NCBI GenBank assembly: GCA_963724295.1
Contig: CAVRUC010000002.1
Coordinates: forward strand, 383,275 to 447,274
Origin: an uncultured Chloroflexia bacterium
GTDB taxonomy: Bacteria > Chloroflexota > Chloroflexia > Thermomicrobiales > UBA6265
Length of the DNA: 64,000 bases
Direction: 5' to 3'
The translations under genes and the position numbers were made by a program. This document shows positions 1-9,476 of the stretch, one piece after another (position 1 is the first letter of the stretch; each line of letters opens with the position of its first letter). The notes under the pieces are model-generated. The model was not told where the DNA came from. It ran no database searches and saw only the letters and a program-made list of their open reading frames with translations.

Positions 1-1178
1 CATCGACCGAGGGGTACGATCAAGCCCGTCTCATCAGCCAGCGGAATGAACTCAGACGGGTGGAGCAATCCTCGCTCGGGATGATCCCAGCGGAGCAAGG
101 CCTCGACCGCGAGGATGCTACCCGACGCGATGTCGACGATCGGCTGATAGGCGATGTGGAACTCATCCCGCTCCAGCGCCCGCCGTAGGTCGGCCTCTTG
201 CTCCAACCGTTCCAACCCCTGGTGATCGACGCTCGGGTCAAAGACCGCGGAGACGCCGCCGCCGGCGGCCTTGGCCCGGTAGAGCGCGACGTCGGCGGCT
301 CGCAACAGGTCTTTCGGGGTGCGAAGATCCGGAGACGCAATCGCGACCCCGATTGTGCCGCCGACCACCAGATCGTAACCCTTGACGTTGAACGGTCGAC
401 GCAACGCGGACAGGATCGTTTCGGCGACCTGCTCGATTTGCCGCGGATGCGTGAACCGCTCCAGAACCGCGACAAACTCGTCACCGCCGAACCGGGCCAG
501 CGAGCCTCGGTCGCTGACGAGGGGGGTCAGTCGTTGCGCGACGGCCACCAGGAGTTCATCACCGGCGGCGTGCCCGATCCCGTCATTGATGACCTTGAAC
601 CGGTCGAGGTCGAGAAAGAGGAGGGCCACGTTCGGACCTCCCGGCTGGCTCAGAACCGACTCGAGTCGGTCGATGCACAACCGGCGGTTGGGCAGACCCG
701 TAAGTGAGTCATAGAAGGCGAGGTGCTGTAACTGGATCTCGGCCGCCTTTTCGGCGGTGACATCGAATTGGACCCCCTGCCAGAGTTGTGCTCCGTCAGT
801 CGGGTCCTCGACCATGACCGCCACATCGCGCAACCAGACGATCCGGCCATCCCGGGCCTGGACACGATATTCCGCGCTGAACGGCTCGTGCGTCGCCACC
901 GCTTTGGACATCGCGTCCTGGACGCGCCGCTGGTCATCGCGGTGAACCAGCGTGAGCCAGTGCTCGGGATGCGAGACGTAGTCTTCCGGCTTGCATCCCA
1001 AGAGCGTTTCGACTTGCGGGCTGACGTAGACAATGGCCGATGTTGCCCCTGGAAGAATGCGGTGAATGTAGGTGATCGCTGGGATCGTCTCGATCAGCGT
1101 TTGGTATTGGCGCTCGGTGGCCGGCAGCCTTGGTCGAGGAAGCACACCGCGTGCATCGTGATGCAAGTGCCCGTTCAC
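1..1178 (-). CDS. PAS-GGDEF-EAL diguanylate cyclase/phosphodiesterase (3' end runs off the window)
   Basis: Not in the ORF track. Manual translation from GTG 1178 (SD AAGGGAG) gives PAS/PAC (YVSPQVETLLG, EYRVQARDGRIVWLRD), then YDSLTGLPNR, RFGGDEF, YQPIVD and VEALLRW in one frame. Confidence 0.93.
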   Translation of the reverse strand, partial: MNGHLHHDARGVLPRPRLPATERQYQTLIETIPAITYIHRILPGATSAIVYVSPQVETLLGCKPEDYVSHPEHWLTLVHRDDQRRVQDAMSKAVATHEPFSAEYRVQARDGRIVWLRDVAVMVEDPTDGAQLWQGVQFDVTAEKAAEIQLQHLAFYDSLTGLPNRRLCIDRLESVLSQPGGPNVALLFLDLDRFKVINDGIGHAAGDELLVAVAQRLTPLVSDRGSLARFGGDEFVAVLERFTHPRQIEQVAETILSALRRPFNVKGYDLVVGGTIGVAIASPDLRTPKDLLRAADVALYRAKAAGGGVSAVFDPSVDHQGLERLEQEADLRRALERDEFHIAYQPIVDIASGSILAVEALLRWDHPERGLLHPSEFIPLADETGLIVPLGR

Positions 1179-1546
1179 GTGAAGGGCTCCCTTCTGGAGA
1201 CGCACCGCCTCAATATCATCACGGTACCCCTCGCCACCGTCTATGAACGCGGTCATTTCCGGCTATGTTGGCTCAATACCAACGGCGACGCAATCCGGGT
1301 GAAAACCGATTCCCGGGTACATCGCCCGCAAGGCCCTGGAAATCGGAGGCGGGCAGACTGGCCGCGAACTGTCAGTTCGTTAAATATGAGTATAAAACAT
1401 TGAGAGATCATTCGTGGAGTTATAATGTTTTTGCACTGATGCCGCCATGAGCGACGCCGGATGTCCCGGAACGGCAGCCAACTCTACCCGAAGTGAACCG
1501 GGCACTCACAGCTCCAACCGCAGACACTCAGTTCAGTCGCTAGGAC

Positions 1547-1575
1547 TTGACAAGGAGCCGCTCATCCGTTAGTGT
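1547..1575 (+). promoter_or_regulatory. sigma70-like promoter upstream of the minigene array
   Basis: TTGACA (1547-1552), 17-nt spacer, TAGTGT (1570-1575). Confidence 0.6.
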
Positions 1576-1755
1576 AGGGGAAGTCACGATGTAAGCTACG
1601 TTCGAGAGGATAAATCATTGAGTTGGGTGAATGCGGAGCAATCATTGCTCTTTTCAGTTAATTCTGTTAAGAACCGCATAAACTCAGGGGGTCGACGGCA
1701 ACTGATGGCACGTTTGTCTACCAATCAAGGGATTAACACAGCGAGGAGGCTTCTC

Positions 1756-1770
1756 ATGACGTGGGATTAG
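1756..1770 (+). CDS. minigene 1, tetrapeptide MTWD
   Basis: AGGAGG-N6-ATG ACG TGG GAT TAG. Confidence 0.65.
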   Translation: MTWD

Positions 1771-1844
1771 ACCAGCAACGCAGTGCCAGGACGCCGCGGT
1801 GAGAAGTCGTGGCTGGCGACATCAGTAAGAGAGGAAGGTGCCTC

Positions 1845-1859
1845 ATGACGTGGGATTAG
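1845..1859 (+). CDS. minigene 2, tetrapeptide MTWD
   Basis: GAGGAAGGTG-cctc-ATG ACG TGG GAT TAG. Confidence 0.65.
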   Translation: MTWD

Positions 1860-1947
1860 AGCAACAGACGCCCGTGTGGCTGTACGGAAAGGTCTCCGGG
1901 GCCGCAGGAATCAACAAGTCAGCTTCAGCAAGAGACGGAGGTCGGTC

Positions 1948-1962
1948 ATGACGTGGGATTAG
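1948..1962 (+). CDS. minigene 3, tetrapeptide MTWD
   Basis: GGAGGT-N5-ATG ACG TGG GAT TAG. Confidence 0.65.
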   Translation: MTWD

Positions 1963-2052
1963 GGCAACGAGAGACGCCCGTGTGGCCTTCCGAAAGGGCA
2001 CCGAGACAGCAGGAATCAACAAGTCAGCTTCAGCAAGACATGGAGGTAGGAC

Positions 2053-2106
2053 ATGACGTGGGACGACATCGCCAAGACGCAGTGCGACGGCCGGACCTGG
2101 AAGTAG
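2053..2106 (+). CDS. minigene 4, MTWDDIAKTQCDGRTWK (or MTWD if a T is missing from a TGA)
   Basis: GGAGGT-N5-ATG ACG TGG GAC GAC ... TGG AAG TAG. Confidence 0.55.
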   Translation: MTWDDIAKTQCDGRTWK

Positions 2107-2140
2107 GTCAGCACGCTTCAACAAGACATGGAGGTAGGAC

Positions 2141-2155
2141 ATGACGTGGGACTAA
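2141..2155 (+). CDS. minigene 5, tetrapeptide MTWD
   Basis: GGAGGT-N5-ATG ACG TGG GAC TAA. Confidence 0.65.
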   Translation: MTWD

Positions 2156-2902
2156 TGCGCTGCGGCACGGGGGTTGAGGTGCGTCCGCGATCTAGACTGA
2201 CACTGCTTCGAGTGTTCCATCCTGACCGGAGCTGGGGGTCAGACTGGCAAATCTCCCGATGGTACGTCCGCGGCACCTCAAGAACTCGGGTTCACAGCGG
2301 TGTTCGTGCCAAGCTACCAGCACCCTTGACCATCTTTGTTGTTAGGCCGCCAGGTGCGCGGCAATTTCTAGCCTCATCGATCGTCGCAGCGAGACAGTAG
2401 CTTTCCTGGACCACGTTGGGGTGGGCCTAAGCGGGCCCGTGAGCGGTAAGCATTGGTTGCATTCCTAATAGGACCATTTCAAAGCGAGACATCCTGAGAG
2501 CTGTATCCAATACACTGGCACCTTCGCGATACCGATGTTCGCCGGGAATCAATGGTTAAGTTTCACACCAAGGCGGTGCGCCCGCGATCTCTTGAATAGG
2601 CGCAAGCCGTGACGAAAACGCGCTGGTCCAAACGGACCGGAAGCAGGGCATTCAGGTCTGCTTCTGGGTCTTGACTCGATCGGCCCGACACCGGATTAGT
2701 CGGACGGAGCACGAGTTCACAAAGTGATGTGTGACCGCAACCTTGAACTTGAGCCCTCACCACATCCGGGCGCGCAGCGCCTTACGGTTGGACCGCGAGG
2801 TTTTCGCCCTGGTGTCAATGTAGAGGTAGACTGTACCGGAGAACGATAGGAATCTCATCAACATGCCATGATTGACTTGTCAGATCAGCGAGGTCGCAGA
2901 CC

Positions 2903-4288
2903 GTGAGCGATATGCCGCTCAAGACTCGCGTCTACACCCTTCTCCTAGTCGTGATTACAGTGGCAGCTGCCGTCATCGCGTGGCGTGCCGAATATCAGAC
3001 CTTCCCTACAGACCAACCGAGCTTTCTGATCATAGCGGGCATCTTGCTCGTGATGATCGTGGTCTCCGAAGTGCTCGACGTCTCGTTTCCGCAGGCGGGC
3101 GAGGCTTTCAACGTGTCAGTCTCGGCGGCTTTTTGTTTCGCAGCCGGATTGACGATTGGGCCTGTTTTTGGCGGGATTGTTGCCGCCCTTGGCCACACCA
3201 TCGACGGGGGGATTGCCAGGCGCCCAGCGATCAAGACGACCGTGAATGCCGCTGGTTTTGCGCTCTCAACGATTGCTAGCGCAACACTTTATTTCGCGCT
3301 GGCCGATCCGGCAGAGACGCAAATCGGCAGCTATCAGAATCTCTTGGCCGTGGTTCTTTCTGGAGCCCTCTTCGCGCTGATCAATGCCGGTTCATTGGCG
3401 ATCATCGTGGCGCCGGTGGTAGGTATCAGTCCTTTCGAAATGTTTCTTACTAACTCTGGTGGCCTCCATGTCGAGCTCCTGACTCTCGTGACACTCGGTG
3501 GCGTGATCCCGGTGCTCGTTAGCCAGAATCCGCTATCGATCATCTTACTCATATTACCCCTGTTGCTCGGCCCGCATACGGCCTTCAGGGGTATCCAACG
3601 GGCGCACCACGAGGCCCGGGTCGCCATGCAGGGGTTGGCCGACGCGCTGGAACGGCGTGACCCGTACACCTACCGGCACTCAATCCGAGTTACAGAGCAT
3701 GTCCGCACAATCCTTGGCGCAATGCCCCAGATTCCTCGTGCAACTACCGAGGCCATTATCGCCGCAGCTCGTGTCCACGACCTGGGCAAGGTTGGAGCCC
3801 GGGATGGTTCTCTAAAAAAGCCAGCGGAGTTGAGCGACGAGGAACGTCGGGAGATTCAGCAACATGCGGCGATCGGCGCCGAGATCGTCAGTCGTCTCGA
3901 GGCCTACAAACAGAGCGTCGACACCATCCGGCACCATCATGAGCGGTGGGACGGTTCAGGATACCCAGATGGTCTCGAGGGTGAGCGCATTCCGCTGGGC
4001 GCTCGCATCATCGCGGTGGCCGATGCGTTCGATGCTATGACCTCGGATCGTGTCTATCGTGCCGCGCTTCCGCCAGAGGTGGCGTTTGCCGAGTTGGCGA
4101 AAGGGCGAGGGACGCAGTTCGACCCCCATATAGTGGATCTTTTTCAGGCGGCATATCAGAACCGTTCGACGAGTATGGGACAACAGGTGAGCACGGAATC
4201 GGTGCCAGGCACACCTGAGCGGGCACCGCTCGCCTTGGGTAAACGGCTTATTCCTCGTCTCGTTGCGAAGCGTCCCCAGGCATCGTAG
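2903..4288 (+). CDS. HD-GYP c-di-GMP phosphodiesterase with an N-terminal multi-TM sensor domain (MASE9-like)
   Basis: About 220 aa hydrophobic N-terminus, then RDPYTYRHS, HDLGK, HHHERWDGSGYPDGL and ADAFDAMTSDR. Confidence 0.93.
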   Translation: MSDMPLKTRVYTLLLVVITVAAAVIAWRAEYQTFPTDQPSFLIIAGILLVMIVVSEVLDVSFPQAGEAFNVSVSAAFCFAAGLTIGPVFGGIVAALGHTIDGGIARRPAIKTTVNAAGFALSTIASATLYFALADPAETQIGSYQNLLAVVLSGALFALINAGSLAIIVAPVVGISPFEMFLTNSGGLHVELLTLVTLGGVIPVLVSQNPLSIILLILPLLLGPHTAFRGIQRAHHEARVAMQGLADALERRDPYTYRHSIRVTEHVRTILGAMPQIPRATTEAIIAAARVHDLGKVGARDGSLKKPAELSDEERREIQQHAAIGAEIVSRLEAYKQSVDTIRHHHERWDGSGYPDGLEGERIPLGARIIAVADAFDAMTSDRVYRAALPPEVAFAELAKGRGTQFDPHIVDLFQAAYQNRSTSMGQQVSTESVPGTPERAPLALGKRLIPRLVAKRPQAS

Positions 4289-5597
4289 ACGCCTCCGCCT
4301 TTCTCCAGCTCTGCCGCCCGGGTTCCGCGACTATCCAGATTCTTGACATGGCGGCCAGGACGAGGGCAAGAGCGAGACTGGGTGCGGCGAGGACGACGAG
4401 CGACATCCCTGGCCCCAGGATCTGCTCCAGCGCTGGTCCAGCTAGTGCCCCGATCAAAGCACCCGCGCTCAGTGCCAGGAGAAACGCGGAGTAGAATCGC
4501 GCGTACACGGGATCCGGAATCGAGTTCTGAAAGTAGGTGAGTCCCGTGACCTCGTAGAAATCGGTGGCGAAACCGGCAATCACGAGGGCAACGAGCGAAA
4601 ACAACACACTACCAGCCGTGCCAAACACGGCTAAGGCAACCGCGCATAGTCCCATTGCGACTGCTGTTGGATAAAGTGAAGCCGCGAGCTGAGGATGCGA
4701 TCCCGCGACAATACTGCCGACCACCGCTCCCGCGGCGACTGCAGCATAGAAGAGTCCAACGCCGCCTTCACCAAGTTCGAGCGTCATGGCGCGAACGACA
4801 AAGAGCGTAATGGTTGCTTGGACAAGCAGCGTGAGACTCAAGCAGACGAGCATATACATGCTGAGATCCTGACGACGCAGGAGCCAGGCGTAGCCCCTGA
4901 CGCTTGGCTCTAACTTCCCGATAACCGGCGGACTGGTGTCATCCTGCACGTGCTGGACCTTCGGACTCGCACTTAAGCCGCCTCGGAGTTTGGCCACTGC
5001 AACGGCCACGCCGAAGAAGGTCAAGCCATTGAGTGCGAAAACGGCACCGGCGCCGAACGGGACGAGCACCAGGGCGCCCAGGACCGGACCAACGAGTTGG
5101 GCAGTCGTCATGCTGGCAAACATCACGCCGTTGGCGGCGGATCGTTGCTCCTCCGGCGCCTCGGCTCTCAGCTCCACCATGAAGGCGGGATGTGCAATGC
5201 AATTAGCCACCTCGAGCAAAATGACCAGCAAGTAGACGAACCACAACGTAGGAACCACGACCAAGAGGGCGAAAGAGCTAGCGATAACCGCCATAACCAG
5301 TTGACTCGTGAAGAGCAACTTCCGGCCAGCATGACGGTCGACAAATGTCCCCGCAGGGCCTTGGAAGATCAATCGCATCAGCATGCGGACAGCGAACATG
5401 CCGCCCACGCCTAGTGCTCCGTCGCCGAAGCCATAGGCTAGAGAAATGATCGCGACAGTATTGAACCAGTCGCCGATCTCTGAGATGACTCCGGCGCCCA
5501 GGAGTATTGCGATATTCCGTTCGACGAGGACAGCGCGATATTGATTGAGAATTCGCTGTAGCACTACGCCCGCTTGGTTCAGACGCTCCCTCGCCAC
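4248..5597 (-). CDS. MFS transporter (H+ antiporter/exporter type)
   Basis: About 12 TM segments; ISEIGDWF and GTFVDRHAGRK (motif A). Probable GTG start at 5597 after AGAAGGGG. Confidence 0.9.
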   Translation of the reverse strand: MARERLNQAGVVLQRILNQYRAVLVERNIAILLGAGVISEIGDWFNTVAIISLAYGFGDGALGVGGMFAVRMLMRLIFQGPAGTFVDRHAGRKLLFTSQLVMAVIASSFALLVVVPTLWFVYLLVILLEVANCIAHPAFMVELRAEAPEEQRSAANGVMFASMTTAQLVGPVLGALVLVPFGAGAVFALNGLTFFGVAVAVAKLRGGLSASPKVQHVQDDTSPPVIGKLEPSVRGYAWLLRRQDLSMYMLVCLSLTLLVQATITLFVVRAMTLELGEGGVGLFYAAVAAGAVVGSIVAGSHPQLAASLYPTAVAMGLCAVALAVFGTAGSVLFSLVALVIAGFATDFYEVTGLTYFQNSIPDPVYARFYSAFLLALSAGALIGALAGPALEQILGPGMSLVVLAAPSLALALVLAAMSRIWIVAEPGRQSWRKAEASTMPGDASQRDEE

Positions 5598-5786
5598 GAA
5601 TTCCGAGCCCCTTCTCCGGGCCTGCGTTAGGAAGCCCAACGTGTGCCGTTGCTCAGATCACATGGTAGGATCTTCATTGGATCTTCACCGACTATACCAG
5701 TGGGCACCGAGCGAGCGGCAGTGTGGTCGAATTCCAGTCCTCGCCCATCTATGCACGAGGAGCGTTGCAGCGATAATGAGACATCC

Positions 5787-8155
5787 ATGCTCGGCAAGCG
5801 GCAACGGCGGTCCGGGCGCCAGCGCTTGAGCTTCCAGACGGTTTCAATCGACGACCATTTTGGCGCGCTCTTCCGCGGGTCGCGAGACGCCGTCCTCGTC
5901 GCCGATCCGACAGGACGGTGTATCGAAGCAAATCTTGCGGCGGAGTCACTGCTTGGTTTTGCGCGTGACGAGCTCCTCCGGCTCGACCTCTCAGACATCG
6001 CCGTCGGTCTCGAGGCATTTGAGGATGGGACGCAGAGCACACCGTTCTTCCCTGGGGAGCGGTGGCGTGGCGAGATGCAGGTGCGGCACAAGGACGGATT
6101 CCTGTGCCGCGTCGAAGCATGGTCGGTAGAGGTGTCAGAGCCCCCTGGCGCCGCCTACGCGCTCTGCTTGAGGAGCGCTGGTGAGCGGCCCGCAACTGAC
6201 GAAGCCGGGGCACGGTTGTTCGCGATCGTGGCGTCGAGCACCGAAGCGATCATCGGCACAACCCTCGATGGGACGATCACCCACTGGAATCCCGCGGCTG
6301 AACGGCTCTATGGCTACCGCGCGGATGAGGTGATTGGTCGCTCCGTGGCGATGCTCGCTCCGCCGGAGCTGGCGAACGACGTGTCTGGGTTGCTGGAGCG
6401 AGTCCGACGCGGAGAACGCGTCGCGTCGTATGAGACGACGCGATTGAACAAAGACGGCTGCCGGATCGAGGTCTCGATCGGGACCTCGCCGGTTCTCGAC
6501 GCGGCAGGGAATGTCGTGGCCGTGTCGTCGATCGCCCGCGATGTGACCGAGCGCAATCGCGCCGAGCGGCAGTTTCGCGTGGCAAAGGAGACCGCCGAGG
6601 GCGCGAACAGCGCGCTGCGCGAGAGCGAGGAGCGATTTCGGGGCGCCTTCGACGGCGCCTCGATCGGCATGGCACTGGTCTCCCCCGAAGGACGCTTCCT
6701 GGAGGTCAACCGAGCTCTCTGCGGCATTCTCGGCTACACCGAAGGCGAGTTGCTCGCCAGGACGTTCCAGGATCTGACCCACCCAGACGACCTCGAGGTT
6801 GACCGGGATCTGGTACGGCAGCTGCTGGCGAACGAGATCACGACCTACCAGGTCGAAAAGCGCTATATCTGCAAAGACGAGCATGTCGCCTGGGTGAGAG
6901 TGACGGTCTCCCTCGTCCACGATGCAAAGGGTGACCCGCTCTACTTCGTCTTCCAACTGCAGGACATCACACCGTACAAGGCTGCCGGGGCCGCCCTGCG
7001 GGAGGCCGAAGCGCGCTACCGGACGCTGGTCGAGCAAATCCCCGCCGTCGTCTACGTCGATCCCGCCGACGCGCTGGGCTCACCGCTCTATGTCAGCCCC
7101 CGGGTTGAGTCACTCCTTGGTTACACCGCTGATGAGTGGCTGGCCGGTGTCAACCTCTGGATCGAGGTGCTTCACCCGGACGACCGAGAACGAATTCTGG
7201 CCGAGATCTCCCGGGCCAACGAGACCGGCCAGCCGCTCTCGCTGGAGTATCGGTGCCTGGCCCGGGACAACCGCGAGGTCTGGATCCACGATGAGGTGGC
7301 GCTGGTTCGAGACGAGCATAGCGCTCCGCAATACTGGCAAGGCTTCATGGTTGACATCACCGATCGCAAGCGGGCGGAAGAGGATCTCCGGGCGGCGAAA
7401 GAGGCGGCGGAGGAAGCAAGCCGGCTCAAGAGCGCCTTTCTGCGCATGGCGACCCACGAGCTGCGCACCCCCCTCACGATCGTTTCTGGCTACGTCGAGC
7501 TCCTCGCCAGCAGCACCGCCGCGCGCCTCACGGCGGAGGAGCGAGAGTTCATCGACATCGCGCAAGCCGGTACAAAAACCCTGTCCAGGCTGGTCGACGA
7601 TCTGCTCGATCTGGCCCGCATCGAGGCTGGTCGGTTGGATCTGGCGATCCTCGCCGTCGACGTGGGGGAGGCGATCAGGCAGAGTTCACCGCATGGTCTC
7701 AGCGCAGGCGGCGGCGAAGGGCATCGATTCAGTCGTTACGGTCGAACCAGAGCTCCCCCCGATCGCGGCCGACCCCGACCGCCTCACCCAGATCCTGCTC
7801 AACCTTGTCGGTAACGCGGTCAAATTCACGGAGCAGGGGCACGTCCAGAGTACCGTGCGCAGGGCCGGCAATGGGGTAGAGATCAGCGTGGCACGACACG
7901 GGCATCGGCATCGCGCCGGAGGCGCAGACCGCCATCTTCGATGAATTCCGGCAGGCCGATGCCAGTACGACGCGCAGGTTTGGAGGTACCGGTCTCGGCC
8001 TAACAATTGCCAAGCGCCTGGTCGAGATGCAGGGGGGGACACTGACGGTCGAAAGCACGGTCGGTGTCGGCAGCACGTTCACGCTCTGGCTGCCTGCCGC
8101 GAGCCCTGGGCTCGTCAGGGATGAGGCTGCTCTGCCATCGGTTCTCGCGGGCTAG
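5787..8155 (+). CDS. multi-PAS sensor histidine kinase (frameshifts near 7680 and 7895; start uncertain)
   Basis: Four PAS/PAC domains and H-box [24 protein letters not shown] and GGTGLGL occur in successive frames. TAG at 8153-8155. Confidence 0.88.
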
Positions 8156-8243
8156 GATGCAAGCGAGCTGGGCCGGCTCACCTACCTCGAGTTGATTGCT
8201 ACGCCGGCCGCCGAGCGAGCTCGACCGGAGATCGAACGCCCTC

Positions 8244-8628
8244 ATGACGCAAGGAGATCATCAGATCTGGGATCTCTGGTACCCGGACGCTGCCGCCCAG
8301 GGGCTACCCTTCGCGCGTGGACGTCTCGCGGCGACGGATATTCTCCTCGTCCATGCGGCGCCAGACACGCTCGATGTCGCCGTGCGAGGCGATCGACGGT
8401 CGGGTGCTGGCCCAAGGACGTGGGCTGGCGCGCACGGCGGAACGGCCGATAGCGCGGTTGATAGTCCATGACGGGCTAATTGCCCGCGAAGACCTCTGGC
8501 CCGCGGACGACGATATCGGCCGGCCGGTGATCCTGCCGGGCGGCGAAGTCGGAATTCTGCTCGGTTGGTGGAATGCGGCAGATGGGTCCGAGTGGCGCTG
8601 GCAGGTGGAGTTCTATAACCATCGATAG
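8244..8628 (+). CDS. hypothetical protein (frameshift near 8390)
   Basis: MTQGDHQIWDLWYPD... joins ...SEWRWQVEFYNHR in another frame. Confidence 0.6.
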
Positions 8629-8670
8629 ATGGGACATTGCTCGGACAATCGCGAGATCGGAGACGCAGAC

Positions 8671-9330
8671 ATGAAGTCGCTCGTCAACACGCGGTTGCAT
8701 CGCCGCGATTTTCAGAAGCTGGCCCTTGCCCTGGCGCTGCCGGCGCCGCTGGCGCTCGCGGCGTTAGGCGGCCGCTCGGCCGGGATTGCGCTGGCCCAGG
8801 CGACCGAGCCGGCGGGTGCGCCGCTCCTGGCGCCGACACCGGAGTGCGGCGACGACGATAATCTCATCGCCACCCTGCCGCAGACCGCCGGGCCGTTCTA
8901 CACGCCCGATACGCCGGAGCGGCAGTCGCTGCTCGAACCGGGGATGCCGGGAACGCGGCTGGTCGTCAGCGGCTACGTCTATTCCACGGAGTGCCAGCCG
9001 ATTCCGGGCGCGCTGCTCGATTTCTGGCAAGCCGACGATGCCGGGGCCTATGACAACCAGGGGTACCGTTTGCGCGGTCATCAGTTCGCGGATGAAGACG
9101 GCCGCTTCGAGCTGGAGACCATCGTGCCGGGGCTCTACCCGGGCCGAACTCGCCACATCCACGTCATCGCGCAGGCACCGGACCAGCCGCCTCTGATCAC
9201 GCAGCTCTACTTTCCGGACGAACCGGCCAATGGCGCGGACGGAATTTACAATCCAGATCTGGTCATGGATGTCCAGGATGGAGAAGACGGCGACGTTGCG
9301 TTTTTCACCTTCGTCCTCCCGGCGGGGTGA
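8671..9330 (+). CDS. Tat-exported intradiol ring-cleavage dioxygenase-like protein
   Basis: RRDF Tat motif; GPFY, DFWQAD..GAYD, LRGHQ, PGLYPGRTRHIH. Confidence 0.88.
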   Translation: MKSLVNTRLHRRDFQKLALALALPAPLALAALGGRSAGIALAQATEPAGAPLLAPTPECGDDDNLIATLPQTAGPFYTPDTPERQSLLEPGMPGTRLVVSGYVYSTECQPIPGALLDFWQADDAGAYDNQGYRLRGHQFADEDGRFELETIVPGLYPGRTRHIHVIAQAPDQPPLITQLYFPDEPANGADGIYNPDLVMDVQDGEDGDVAFFTFVLPAG

Positions 9331-9452
9331 TAGGGTGATGGGTGGCGGGGTCACAGGATGTCAGGGTGGCAGGGAGAACGACTTCTCAACCCCAGCCACC
9401 CTGCCACCACGGGGGCAGTGAGTCATCACCCCGTCACCGTGAGCGCAGCGAA
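9331..9452. repeat. intergenic palindromic repeat family A, copy 1
   Basis: Tandem GGGTGGCA-like 8-mers, GGGAGAACGA core, CCCTGCCA arm and GAGCGCAGCGA; related copies at 16377 and 27656. Confidence 0.8.
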
Positions 9453-9476
9453 CACTCACCCTTCGTAGGAAAGAGC

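Larger units (their letters stand above)
1743..2155 (+). repeat. tandem array of five SD + ATGACGTGGGAY units, spacing 89/103/105/88 nt
   Basis: ATG at 1756, 1845, 1948, 2053 and 2141, each preceded by an SD-like GGAGG/GAAGGTG. The spacers after units 2 and 3 are near-duplicates. Confidence 0.95.

Noticed and set aside
20..1403. ORF-track ORFs at the window start
   Set aside because: Shadow frames of the real minus-strand PAS-GGDEF-EAL gene, which runs off the window.
1400..1426. TTGAGA...TATAAT as a second promoter
   Set aside because: The spacer is only 15 nt, so support is weaker than for the 1547-1575 promoter.
1743..2155. CRISPR array interpretation of the regularly spaced repeats
   Set aside because: The conserved core is only about 13-15 nt, the spacers are long (about 75-90 nt) and homologous to each other, there are no cas genes, and the SD-ATG-stop logic explains the repeat better.
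1843..2400. ORF-track proteins of 99, 63 and 90 aa over the array
   Set aside because: No recognisable family, and they appear to be by-products of the repeats. The SDs point to the MTWD starts.
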